Notes: generated from the sequence alone by a model not told the origin. Positions 28,190-38,266 are shown, numbered from the stretch's first letter. The stretch is 64,000 nt of DNA from a virus (IMGVR_UViG_3300029288_000066:164887-228886); one strand, 5' to 3'. A program made the numbers and translations.

Positions 28190-28265
28190 ATTACGTAAAG
28201 CATGAATTGTGAAATATAATTTTTATTTTTTATTTTTTCCGCATATTTATTAATATAATACATTA

Positions 28266-28940
28266 TTGTTTATGATACCACTATATACTAAAAACGAATT
28301 TGACTTAGCAAAATCATCTGATAAACTTCCATTGCAATGTGAACTTTGTGGAGAAATTTTTTATACACAAAAAAGAATAATAAAAGACAAAAGAGGCGTC
28401 AAAAAGTTTTGTTCTTTTTCTTGTCTTGGAAAATCTACATTACAAAAAGTGTTAATTAATTGTAAACAATGTAACAAAGAATTCTTAATAAAAAAATCTC
28501 AATTAAAAAAAAGCGAAAATCATTTTTGTAGCATTTCTTGCAATGCTAATTATAACAATTCTCATAAAACATGTGGATTTAATCGTTCTAAACTTGAAAT
28601 TTATCTCGAAAAACAACTTGCGGCTTTATATCCAAATTTAGATATTCTTTATAACAACAAAGAAACAATTAATTCTGAATTGGACATTTACATTCCATCT
28701 TTTAAACTTGCGTTTGAACTCAATGGGATATTTCATTATGAACCAATATTTGGTAATGAAAAACTGAATCAAACAAAAAACAATGACAAAAATAAATTTA
28801 AATTATGCCAAGAACACAATATCTCTCTATGTATTATAGACACATCATCTCAAAAATATTTTAAAGAAAATACCTCTAAAAAATATCTTGATATAATTAC
28901 AAACATTATTTCAAAGAACTATTCTGCTGCTTTTTCCTAA
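28266..28940 (+). CDS. Zn-finger plus PD-(D/E)xK endonuclease, antisense to the tRNA operon
   Basis: Nuclease domain nearly identical to that of 8748..9449. Confidence 0.75.
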   Translation: MFMIPLYTKNEFDLAKSSDKLPLQCELCGEIFYTQKRIIKDKRGVKKFCSFSCLGKSTLQKVLINCKQCNKEFLIKKSQLKKSENHFCSISCNANYNNSHKTCGFNRSKLEIYLEKQLAALYPNLDILYNNKETINSELDIYIPSFKLAFELNGIFHYEPIFGNEKLNQTKNNDKNKFKLCQEHNISLCIIDTSSQKYFKENTSKKYLDIITNIISKNYSAAFS

Positions 28941-29014
28941 CATTAAAGGCTCGCTGAGCCTATAATGATGTTTTTAAACAGCAATAACTACAATACGTCA
29001 AAGAACATTTTTAG

Positions 29015-29104
29015 CGGAGGGAGTGAGGCTCGAACTCACACACCCTTTTAATGATTGACGGTTTTCAAAACCGCTGCCGATAGTCCTACTCGGCTTACCC
29101 CTCC
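29015..29104 (-). tRNA. tRNA-Ser (TGA)
   Basis: GCGGT-TTTGAAA-ACCGT; long variable region. Confidence 0.85.
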
Positions 29105-29125
29105 ATTCAATTCCAAAGAACAATT

Positions 29126-29161
29126 AAAAAACCCCCTTCAACTTTCCTAGTCGAAGGGGGC
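29126..29161 (-). terminator. attenuator terminator of tRNA operon B
   Basis: GCCCCCTTCGACT-loop-AGTTGAAGGGGGT plus U-tract. Confidence 0.88.
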
Positions 29162-29185
29162 TTTTCTAAAATATCTTATTACAAA

Positions 29186-29272
29186 TTAGAAAATATTCGG
29201 CCAGGAACAAGTAATTCTACTTGAGCTTCTTCTCCTGGATGACCAACTAATATTTCCTACTTTATTTTTCAT
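29186..29272 (-). CDS. leader peptide, 28 aa: MKNKVGNISWSSRRRSSSRITCSWPNIF
   Basis: Eleven consecutive S/W/R codons. Its 3' part is complementary to the terminator. Confidence 0.88.
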   Translation of the reverse strand: MKNKVGNISWSSRRRSSSRITCSWPNIF

Positions 29273-29473
29273 GCTATCAATAAATATGATAAAATTTTAT
29301 TTCTCGTTATTTTTTTCACTTCTTTTTTTTCATCAGCAAATAATGGTTTTCCTTGTGTCTTTCCTTTCGTGGCTTTCATAAATATAATCCACTCTTTTAA
29401 TACATCTGCTTTTAAGGACATTCCTGTTTTGCCATATCTTTATTTCTTTTGTACGTACAAAGGTATAAAAAAG

Positions 29474-29695
29474 TTACAATAAATGCAAGTTTTTTTTAAT
29501 TTTTTTTATAATTTCTTTTTCTTTTGTTCCAGCTTCTTCATATTCCATCGTACTTCCAGCACTGTTTTTTTTATCCCTCCATTCTTGCATTTTATACAAA
29601 TCTTCACCATAATTATTAATCAAATTTCTTACAGCAACACCCAGGTCATAATCGTTTGGGTATTTTTTTACTAATTCTTCTAATATTTCATTCAT
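29474..29695 (-). CDS. hypothetical protein
   Basis: ORF in an operon-like run. Confidence 0.55.
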   Translation of the reverse strand: MNEILEELVKKYPNDYDLGVAVRNLINNYGEDLYKMQEWRDKKNSAGSTMEYEEAGTKEKEIIKKIKKNLHLL

Positions 29696-29711
29696 AAAAA
29701 TTATGTTTAAA

Positions 29712-30170
29712 TTATTTTTCTTCTATCTTAGGAAGTATCCTGCACCAATACGTTTTTACGTCTTTATCATCGCCAATATCTGTTATAAGACAATAATAAG
29801 TATACATATAAACAATTGCGCCTTGACCTAAAAAATCTTTTACAATTCCAATTATATCTCTTGAACCCAGCCTGGCATATGAGCGTGTTGGAAATTCTGC
29901 CACATATTCTCCTTCCTTATCAAAATAATCTTCGCATGGAGCTAGAGCGACGTAAACATTATCCAAAGAAAATAATTCATTTGCAATTTCTTCTAAGTTG
30001 TCTGGTACAATGCATTTGTCAGGCATATTATAATCTTTCACAAAGTCTTTACTGTTTTTAAGAAAGAAATAAATGGAGGCATCTTTACTCAACAACCTTT
30101 TGTTATACTTATATTGTTTGAGGGCAAACAATTCCTCTTCAAATTTATTCATCTTAATCAAAATAATCAA
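29712..30170 (-). CDS. hypothetical protein
   Basis: ORF in an operon-like run. Confidence 0.6.
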   Translation of the reverse strand: MIILIKMNKFEEELFALKQYKYNKRLLSKDASIYFFLKNSKDFVKDYNMPDKCIVPDNLEEIANELFSLDNVYVALAPCEDYFDKEGEYVAEFPTRSYARLGSRDIIGIVKDFLGQGAIVYMYTYYCLITDIGDDKDVKTYWCRILPKIEEK

Positions 30171-30537
30171 AATAATTTAAGTTATCTACATAATCCATTA
30201 CCATAAAAGCTTTTTTCAATGCATCATTAAATTGAGAAAACGTCCTGCAGTCTTCTGGGTTAAATGCATCCACTTCCAGTCTCGTCTTCCCAAACTTAAG
30301 GAGCTTATATCCTTTGAAGCTCTCCAAGAACAACTGTTCACGCTCTTCTTCACTTGTTAAAGAATCAAACTGGTCTTTTATGTCTACCACAGGGTTCTTA
30401 TTAAACATTGATAGCAGTGTAAAATTCTCTTCTATACACTCATTCAATTCATCAATATACTTTTGCCTTCTATAGCTACGAGTAATTAAAAGCATTAACT
30501 TCGTATAAATTAATTTTTTCAAAATCGTTCTTTTCAT
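30154..30537 (-). CDS. hypothetical protein
   Basis: ORF in an operon-like run. Confidence 0.6.
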   Translation of the reverse strand: MKRTILKKLIYTKLMLLITRSYRRQKYIDELNECIEENFTLLSMFNKNPVVDIKDQFDSLTSEEEREQLFLESFKGYKLLKFGKTRLEVDAFNPEDCRTFSQFNDALKKAFMVMDYVDNLNYFDYFD

Positions 30538-30818
30538 TTTTGTTCCCCCGTTGTATTAGTATTATAATAATGACAATAACAAATGTTTTCTGGATACTTG
30601 GTAAAATAGCTTGGTGCCGTTGGAGAGTCTTGATAATATCCTCCGTATGGATTTTCTTTTGCTGGTTCGCCTGGATGTTTATCTACATTTCCGAGCATAT
30701 CCATAATGTTTCCCACTTCTGGTCCACTCAAAGACCTTTGCCCTATAACCTTAAAAAACCCTTCCAGATAATTTACAAACTCCAGCGGAGTAATAGTTTT
30801 TTCAGCTTTTTCTTCCAT
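30534..30818 (-). CDS. hypothetical protein
   Basis: ORF in an operon-like run. Confidence 0.6.
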   Translation of the reverse strand: MEEKAEKTITPLEFVNYLEGFFKVIGQRSLSGPEVGNIMDMLGNVDKHPGEPAKENPYGGYYQDSPTAPSYFTKYPENICYCHYYNTNTTGEQK

Positions 30819-30825
30819 AATTTTT

Positions 30826-31206
30826 TTATATAATTCCTCGTTTTTTTAAATCTTTTACATAATTTATACAATAAATATAAACAAACTCTGCTTCCGCATC
30901 AATATGAATATTTGCAAATACATCTGAATAATCCAATTTAAATTTTTCCCACTTTTCATTCACATCCCAAAACAAATCCACACAATTTACAATCAAAAAA
31001 AACTTTCCAGGTCTATTAACTCCATCATATATTCTTCTAATAATTGGAAAAATAACATTTTCCGCTGGGGGGAAATCACTTGTAGAAAAAGAAGAAATTA
31101 AATATACAGTCATTTCTTCAAGTGTTCTTGCTAGTTCATCAGCACTTTCACTATTAAGTCCGTCTAATAAATTAGTCTCTTTCCACGCAGCTGTTATTTC
31201 ATTCAT
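30826..31206 (-). CDS. hypothetical protein; N-terminus (WKETNLLDGL) recalls T4-type capsid-protein leaders
   Basis: W..T.LLDGL and IFPIIRRIY motifs; weak similarity from memory. Confidence 0.5.
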   Translation of the reverse strand: MNEITAAWKETNLLDGLNSESADELARTLEEMTVYLISSFSTSDFPPAENVIFPIIRRIYDGVNRPGKFFLIVNCVDLFWDVNEKWEKFKLDYSDVFANIHIDAEAEFVYIYCINYVKDLKKRGII

Positions 31207-31619
31207 TAGTCCAATTCCTTTGCCTTCGTATTTTCATTCTTTTCTATTTCTTCAATATAATCAAAGATTTCCTGTACATTCCTTAAATACTGAATGTTAC
31301 TGTTAATCAAGTTCCTATTAGAAGGAATCTTTTCTGCAATAGTATTTGAAGGATAATTTACGTCAAGGACTCCAAACGGAACTGGAATAGAAAATGTATC
31401 ATTCGTTGGTAAAGCCAAAGTTCCTTGCCCTATAACAATTGTGGAAGAAGTTGGCGTTGCTGTATTAACTTCAAGGGCACTTCCTTCAGGCATATCTTTA
31501 ATTGAGTAAACTCTTTTCCCACTTCTATACTCTTTTATTTGCAAATACAACACCTGAGAATCTTCCCAAGCAAACTGAATAGTTTTTGTGTTAATCTTTT
31601 CTGTTATCTGTGCTTTCAT
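31206..31619 (-). CDS. hypothetical protein
   Basis: MKAQITEK... ORF. Confidence 0.6.
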   Translation of the reverse strand: MKAQITEKINTKTIQFAWEDSQVLYLQIKEYRSGKRVYSIKDMPEGSALEVNTATPTSSTIVIGQGTLALPTNDTFSIPVPFGVLDVNYPSNTIAEKIPSNRNLINSNIQYLRNVQEIFDYIEEIEKNENTKAKELD

Positions 31620-31718
31620 AGTTTTTTGTTTTTTATACAATATAAAAAAAAATCCCCCCAAAATCAAGAGATTTCAGAGGAATTTTCAGAAACGAAAAGA
31701 AACGAAACGAAATTTTTG

Positions 31719-31792
31719 CCTCCCAGACAGGACTCGAACCTGCAACCAGCGGTACTAGAAGCCGCAGCTCTACCAAATTGAGCTACAAGGAG
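31719..31792 (-). tRNA. tRNA with CUA anticodon (amber suppressor)
   Basis: Normal D and T arms; GCGGC-TTCTAGT-ACCGC places CTA at positions 34-36. Confidence 0.75.
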
Positions 31793-31795
31793 ATT

Positions 31796-32524
31796 TTAAT
31801 CTTCTTCTTCTTTAAAACATTTTTCAATCCAATTATCGGGAATTTTATCCAGCGGGAATTCTCCAACCATTTTACATGGATAATAACCACTTTTGTTTTT
31901 TTCTTCTCCAAAGCGATTTCCTGGCTGTGGTGCATCACTTTGAAAACCTTCATACGCTTCAAACTTCATTGTATCAAGATTTATAAGATAACCGTATTCA
32001 CAATGTAAAGATTCTTTGAAAAAATCTTTTGCATTAGAAATGTGATGAAGATTTCCTTTGTAAATTTCAGCAAACGTAATAATTCCCTGAATATTTCTTA
32101 AAAGACAATACCAATCCTCTGGGGTTCTATTGGAAACTGTTACATCACAGTATCCTAAGTCTTGATATTTTTGCTGAATTTCTTCTGTTGGGGGGATTTT
32201 GTTATCAATTTCTTGAACTGTTTCCATGTTCTTTTTCAACACTTCCCATCCACCAAGACCAAAAATGTCTGCAAACTCACTTCTCTTTAATTCCTCGCAC
32301 TCTTTAGTGTCTTTGACAATATTATCAATAACTTTTTTCGAGATGGTTTTCCCCTCGTATTTGGCGTATAAAGATTGAAATACACTTTCTAAAGAAGTGG
32401 TTTGAACTGCTTTGATAAAGTTTACAACTTCATCTCCTAGACAACCTGGGTCACTGTCACAGTGATTGTATACAGAATAAACATTGTTTTTATAAACAAT
32501 TCCTGCGGGACCTCTTGTACTCAT
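31796..32524 (-). CDS. conserved-looking phage hypothetical protein
   Basis: MSTRG...YNHCDSDP...CEYGYLINLD. Confidence 0.7.
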   Translation of the reverse strand: MSTRGPAGIVYKNNVYSVYNHCDSDPGCLGDEVVNFIKAVQTTSLESVFQSLYAKYEGKTISKKVIDNIVKDTKECEELKRSEFADIFGLGGWEVLKKNMETVQEIDNKIPPTEEIQQKYQDLGYCDVTVSNRTPEDWYCLLRNIQGIITFAEIYKGNLHHISNAKDFFKESLHCEYGYLINLDTMKFEAYEGFQSDAPQPGNRFGEEKNKSGYYPCKMVGEFPLDKIPDNWIEKCFKEEED

Positions 32525-32663
32525 AAAATTATTTTTTAATTTCTACTTTCTATCTATCTATACGAAAAAATAGAAAAAAAGTTACACTACTGTATCTTTT
32601 CTAATATAATCATCTTAGCTGAGTGCCCATTAAGTCTTGGATTTGGGACAATAAATTCTGTTT

Positions 32664-33782
32664 TTATATCACAAATTTTGAATAATTTTTAATTTCTTCA
32701 AAGAATTCTCCTCCAGTATCATTATCATAATAATAGTCTTTTTGAGAATGGTCATAAATCATATTAGAATTGTGCCAGTCTAAGTCATTTAAAATTTCCT
32801 CCAATATCTGTTCTCCGTATCCATATTCATACTTTGGATTACCATACTCGGTTACAACCTTCTTGTCTGAAAACAAATTTATGGCCTGAGACACAATTTT
32901 ATGCCTTGCCTCCAAACTCATCCTTTTTGCTCTGCCGACCCAATATTTAAAGAATTCATCTGGGTCATTTATTATTTTTATAGAGTTAGCATTTTCTCCT
33001 TTTTTATGTTTTAAAAGACTTTCGTTAAATCTTCTAACAAATTCTTTTTTCAGAGCACCGAAAAGATTTAAAACGGACTCAACCTGGAAATGCTGAACTT
33101 TTAAAAAATCTCTGAATACAGATAATTTATCCAACTCCAATAGGACTTCATCGTGGGATTTGGCTCCAAATTTTAACTTAAGATTTTCCATCTGATTATA
33201 TGCCTCATGAACCCTTGCGCTCACCTCTTGCGGCAAACTCAAATAAAAGACCTCAATAAATCTTTTTAACTCTTCTACATCACCCAAATTGATTAAATCC
33301 TTCATATCATTTCTGGCATTATACAAGGCTTTGGAATAACCATTTTTATCAGTATCGACTATATACTGGAATGCATGAAATAGTTCATGAGAAAAAACCT
33401 TTTCAATGCTGCCCGTTAAATCAGTTTTATAATCCCAGTTTATTATATAAATTTCAAAATCTGCAGAATACCTAAACGCACTTTCAACAAAGTCTTGTTT
33501 CAGTTTCATAAATCTGCCTGAAACTTGATTTTTTTGACTGATGTTTTTCTTGCTTGGAATTATTTCTATATCAATGTTGCGTATTTTGGAAATCTGCTCA
33601 TCTTCTTCAGACATTTTTTCCCTTATATACAAATTGTCAGAGCTGTTCAACTCCCTTTTCTCTTCTTGAAATTTATTTGACAATGTTCCCATTATCATCT
33701 TTGCATACTTGTTCGACACGCCATCAAGTGGTAAATAGTGACCAAGAACTTCTCTGATTAATTTTCTTATTTTGTTTTCCAT
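32664..33782 (-). CDS. hypothetical protein with KIRKLIRE motif and HExxH (possible zincin)
   Basis: HELFH followed by EVSARVHE. Confidence 0.65.
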   Translation of the reverse strand: MENKIRKLIREVLGHYLPLDGVSNKYAKMIMGTLSNKFQEEKRELNSSDNLYIREKMSEEDEQISKIRNIDIEIIPSKKNISQKNQVSGRFMKLKQDFVESAFRYSADFEIYIINWDYKTDLTGSIEKVFSHELFHAFQYIVDTDKNGYSKALYNARNDMKDLINLGDVEELKRFIEVFYLSLPQEVSARVHEAYNQMENLKLKFGAKSHDEVLLELDKLSVFRDFLKVQHFQVESVLNLFGALKKEFVRRFNESLLKHKKGENANSIKIINDPDEFFKYWVGRAKRMSLEARHKIVSQAINLFSDKKVVTEYGNPKYEYGYGEQILEEILNDLDWHNSNMIYDHSQKDYYYDNDTGGEFFEEIKNYSKFVI

Positions 33783-33869
33783 GTTCCTTTTAATAATAAA
33801 TATTGGCTTAAAAATAAAAAAAGCCTCTACGATTGTAAAGGCTTTTCTATAAATACTTAAAGTTCCTTT

Positions 33870-36209
33870 TTAATACTTTAATCCAGTAGTAGAATCATAC
33901 AATCTTTCATTTTCCAATTTGTAAACTCCAAAGATATCATCATTCGCTTGGTGAAGGGATTCATAAGTTTTTTTTCTTACACTTATACAATTTTGTAAAA
34001 CAACGCCCCTTATTTTTTTAAACTCAATGCCCTTAACATCTCTCTCTTTATAATCCACAACACCTTGTAACTCATTAAATAACTTTACAAAATCACTCCA
34101 ATTCCCTTCGTTTTTCCCAACATAAATCGTATGAGATTCTGGGTCCCCTTGAATAAATTTGTATTTCCCTAAATTTTTAAAATTGCCATAAAGAATATCG
34201 TCTATTAAATTTTGTTCATCATTTACTTTCCCTTGCTCTATATGCTTGGACAATCCATAAAAATAACGCTCGCATCTTTCATGAAATTCTATTTCTGTCA
34301 TTGGTGATATTTTGCTTAAAATATCGTTTCTAAAGCTATTAGACATCATGTTGGCGTAAACCATATTACAATCATAATAATCGGATTCTTCGTCTTTGTA
34401 AACGAACAGAAACGTGTTTATCATACCAAATTCCCCATGTCTATTCCCCCTCCCATTTGATTGAACCACGCTTGATGGTGGTGCCGCATCTCTATATATA
34501 GATGGGAAGCTTATGTCTACCCCTGCCTCTATTACCTGGGTGCTTACTACTAATATTTTTTTATTATCCTGCAGGTCTTGCTTAATTTTATTTAATATTT
34601 GAATTCTATCATGGGGACTAATGTGGGAGTTTAGCAAATACACCTTCTCAAAAAGAGAACCGCTTTGCTTGAACTTATAATACATTTTTTGGGAGGTCTT
34701 GATGGTGTTTAAAATCAGTAGCGTTGCAACATTGGATTTTCTTACCGTTTCATATAAAGATTCTGAATCTAATTCTCCAATAAAATTTATAGTATATCTA
34801 TTAAATACTTCATCGTCGAAAACATCATTATTTAGGAGCTCAATTGGTGGATTTATGTTTTTTATTAGCTTTTTGAAGTTTGCGTTTGCTACGGTATTTA
34901 AATCAACATTCATATTTGGCATTGTTGCAGTGCTTATAATCGCATAACAATCATTCTTCTCGCAAAAATAAGCAAGAAGCTGTACAAATATTGCATATTG
35001 AGAAGGAGAAGTCGCCTGGTACTCATCAATTAAAAAGATTCTTTTTTTATAATTTTTAAGCCTCATTAGCTTACTCGTAGAATTATTCGCTAATGTTTCA
35101 AAAAGCTGATTAAACGTTGTCACTATAAATGGATGGTCAAAACAACTTTCTGAAAAAGCATATTCAGAAATTCCATCCAAATCTGTTCCTTCTTTTAACA
35201 TAGATTGAAGCTTCTCACTTACATCGGAAGAGCTGGTGTAATTTAAAGTCTGTATTTTTAAATCCTTATTTATGATTTCTACTGTTTGGTCAATTATGGA
35301 TAAAAATGGCAGCGAGTAAATAATATCATGCTCGTAGCTAAACTCCTTTAATATTTCAATTGCTAACTGAAGCATCATAAATGTTTTTCCACTTCCAGTG
35401 GGTGCCGTTAATGTAAAAACTCTTTGTTGGTTTATACAATTAAGCAATTTTTCTACTGCTTGCTTTCTTATTTTGTTCCTTGCTTCATTTAATTTTGTAT
35501 CGGCCTTAAAGTGCAAAAATATCCACTCAAGATTATTCTCAAGAACATAAGCATATCTCTTTCTTGACTTCTCTCTATAACAACTCTTATTTCCAGAAGC
35601 GTCTTTTCTGTCTCCATAAACTAATTCTCCATAAGTTTGAATAGTGTCAAAATAATGTTTTATAGACTCATCTTCCCATGATTTCAAATCAGACACTCTC
35701 CCAAATGATTTATAAAAGTTATTATTTTCCAAATCATCCACGAAATTCAATTTACAATTTAATAAGTCAAAGTTGTCTTCAAAAAATGTATTCACATGCT
35801 CCGTCATATTGATTGTTTTCAAATATGAAACCATTTTATCCCACTCCTCTTGATTGAATAGTTCGTCTATATTTCTCAAATATCCATGGTGCCCAACTAT
35901 AATATTTATCAAAATAATAAGTATACTTTCGTAATTATTATCATTAATGAATTTAAATCTGCCTTCTATTTCATCCTTATTGTTTACAAATGCATTAATG
36001 AGATAATATGATGAGATATATGAATGATTTGAATATCCATCAAAGGGCAATCCTACAATCTTTCTCTGAAAGTTGTCGTTCATTTTCCCAACATCGTGGA
36101 ATGATGCCGCAAGCAATTTTAAATCATCTAAATCACAATTGCTCAACACCCCCCTTGTGTGGTCTATCAACAATTTTGTTGGATGGGATTTTGGATTATA
36201 TCCTGACAT
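33870..36209 (-). CDS. cas3: Cas3 HD nuclease-helicase
   Basis: HDVGK, APTGSGKT, DEYQ, STAT, STQVIEAGVDI, QSNGRGNR. Confidence 0.93.
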   Translation of the reverse strand: MSGYNPKSHPTKLLIDHTRGVLSNCDLDDLKLLAASFHDVGKMNDNFQRKIVGLPFDGYSNHSYISSYYLINAFVNNKDEIEGRFKFINDNNYESILIILINIIVGHHGYLRNIDELFNQEEWDKMVSYLKTINMTEHVNTFFEDNFDLLNCKLNFVDDLENNNFYKSFGRVSDLKSWEDESIKHYFDTIQTYGELVYGDRKDASGNKSCYREKSRKRYAYVLENNLEWIFLHFKADTKLNEARNKIRKQAVEKLLNCINQQRVFTLTAPTGSGKTFMMLQLAIEILKEFSYEHDIIYSLPFLSIIDQTVEIINKDLKIQTLNYTSSSDVSEKLQSMLKEGTDLDGISEYAFSESCFDHPFIVTTFNQLFETLANNSTSKLMRLKNYKKRIFLIDEYQATSPSQYAIFVQLLAYFCEKNDCYAIISTATMPNMNVDLNTVANANFKKLIKNINPPIELLNNDVFDDEVFNRYTINFIGELDSESLYETVRKSNVATLLILNTIKTSQKMYYKFKQSGSLFEKVYLLNSHISPHDRIQILNKIKQDLQDNKKILVVSTQVIEAGVDISFPSIYRDAAPPSSVVQSNGRGNRHGEFGMINTFLFVYKDEESDYYDCNMVYANMMSNSFRNDILSKISPMTEIEFHERCERYFYGLSKHIEQGKVNDEQNLIDDILYGNFKNLGKYKFIQGDPESHTIYVGKNEGNWSDFVKLFNELQGVVDYKERDVKGIEFKKIRGVVLQNCISVRKKTYESLHQANDDIFGVYKLENERLYDSTTGLKY

Positions 36210-36252
36210 AAATCTTTTCTTTATATAAATTATACGGCTTAAATTACAATTT

Positions 36253-37468
36253 GTTACAGATTACTTAAAGTTTTTAGGTGTGAACAATAATAGCGCAACA
36301 GTGTCACAATAAAGCAGGATTGTAATTACAAATAATTTACAAATGATGAACAATAACATTTTCTTGTACAGTGAATGCACCATTTTAATTGCAAGTAGCT
36401 TGTAAATAACAAACGGCAACAAACATTCCTTCTGATAAATATAATCAATTTTAATTACAAACAATTTATAGATAATAAACAGCTTTTACTGAAAACGAAA
36501 CTGGTGTAGCTCCATTATAATTACAAATAATTTATAGATGATATGCCAATGTTTTCATTGGATTAACGGCTTCGCTGGATTGTAATTACAGACAATTTAT
36601 AGAAGATAAGTAACAAGACACTATTTTTTATTATTGTGCAATACATTATAATTACGAGTAATTTATAAATGATGAGCATCAGCAACACTATATAGTCAAG
36701 CAGGCACTTGGTTGTAATTACAAATAGTTTGTAAGCGATGAGCAATTGGTAGCACAGCTACAGGATATTTCTTTGAGTTGTAATTACAAGTAGTTTGTAG
36801 GTGATGAATAACAGCGCAATTCCATACACGAAATATTCAGCAGTTGTAATTACAAGTAGTTTGTAGGTGATGAACAACACAAACCGCAAAATATGTAACA
36901 ATCCAATCGTTGTAATTACAAACAATTTGTAGGTGATGAACAACTTATTGCAAATTTACTATTTATAACAACACATTGTAATTACAAACAGCTTGTAGGT
37001 GATGAACAACCCTGAGAGCGAAGCAATACGAGACGGCGGGTTGTAATTACAAACAGCTTGTAGGTGATGAACAACTGTCTAGTTGTATCTTTAAATATAT
37101 TCTCGTTGTAATTACAAACAGCTTGTAGGTGATGAACAACCAATTCCTTTTAATTTAACCCACTCCAATAGTTGTAATTACAAACAGCTTGTAGGTGATG
37201 AACAACATAAGAATGTAAATATTGTGATGGATTCAGGTTGTAATTACAAACAGCTTGTAGGTGATGAACAACAATGTTGTGTTCTCCAAATCAATTTACA
37301 AAGTTGTAATTACAAACAGCTTGTAGGTGATGAACAACAAACCAGCATGATTCAGGTGTCAATGCATGTTGTAATTACAAACAGCTTGTAGGTGATGAAC
37401 AACTTTTGAATTGGTTGGATAACCAGCCTTTCGTTGTAATTACAAACAGCTTGTAGGTGATGAACAAC
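36253..37468 (-). CRISPR. CRISPR array: 19 repeats (36 nt, GTTGTTCATCACCTACAAGCTGTTTGTAATTACAAC) and 18 spacers, mostly 29-30 nt
   Basis: Seven identical repeats at 37040-37468 with progressive decay toward cas3; AT-rich leader at 37469-37548. Confidence 0.95.
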
Positions 37469-37548
37469 AGAACATATCAGACTGGCTGCTATCATCCATT
37501 TTTAATATAAAAATGAAATAAAAAAATGATATAAAACTCTATTTATTG

Positions 37549-38265
37549 TTAAATAAATTCTATATTTTCATTTTCTACTTTGTGATAGTTTCCATGAGCT
37601 TTAAGTGTTTCACAATTATCATTAAAATAAATGGTTTTAAAACTTTTTAAATCATGAGCCAAATAAGATTCGCTTCTAGTGGGTATATCATCAGTTCTTA
37701 TGTGCTCAAATGATTGGACATCATCAAGAACAATATTTGTGCAAATAGCTGAGGTCTCAAAATTCCCATTACATGGCTTGGCATCATATGCCCCTATATA
37801 TTTTATTTCTGCCATAAAATTTGCCATTCCCATATATGGAGGAAAGATAAATTCTTCATTTTTAATATTCTCAACAAAATTATTCAACATCGTCTTTATG
37901 TCAAAATCATCTTCTTCATATAATACATAGATACTGTAACTAACATCCACAAGCCTTTCAAACTTTGACGGCGTGTACATCGGTCTGTCAGGTTTTACAA
38001 GATTTCCATGATTGTAACCATATTCTGACCAATATTTTATTTGGAACGGTTTCTTTAATTTAACAGAATATCGAATTTTTTCTGTAAGAATTTTATAGAG
38101 ATTGTTCGATTTCATAAACTCTTTTTCCACGCCAATCACCGCACAGATAATGCCTATTAAAGCTGATTTCGGCATAATGCAAAATGTGCTTGGATTGTTG
38201 TTGCTTTGTGGACGCTGGAACGCACCCAATGCACTATTAATATTAAATACAATTGCTTTTTCCAT
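37549..38265 (-). CDS. cas5: Cas5
   Basis: GAFQRPQSN...PKSALIGIICAVIG...PYMGMANF. Confidence 0.88.
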   Translation of the reverse strand: MEKAIVFNINSALGAFQRPQSNNNPSTFCIMPKSALIGIICAVIGVEKEFMKSNNLYKILTEKIRYSVKLKKPFQIKYWSEYGYNHGNLVKPDRPMYTPSKFERLVDVSYSIYVLYEEDDFDIKTMLNNFVENIKNEEFIFPPYMGMANFMAEIKYIGAYDAKPCNGNFETSAICTNIVLDDVQSFEHIRTDDIPTRSESYLAHDLKSFKTIYFNDNCETLKAHGNYHKVENENIEFI

Positions 38266-38266
38266 A

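Noticed and set aside
27215-28212. Short ORFs across the tRNA clusters (also 8480, 9875, 10244, 11232)
   Set aside because: They overlap tRNA or ncRNA genes and are chance frames.
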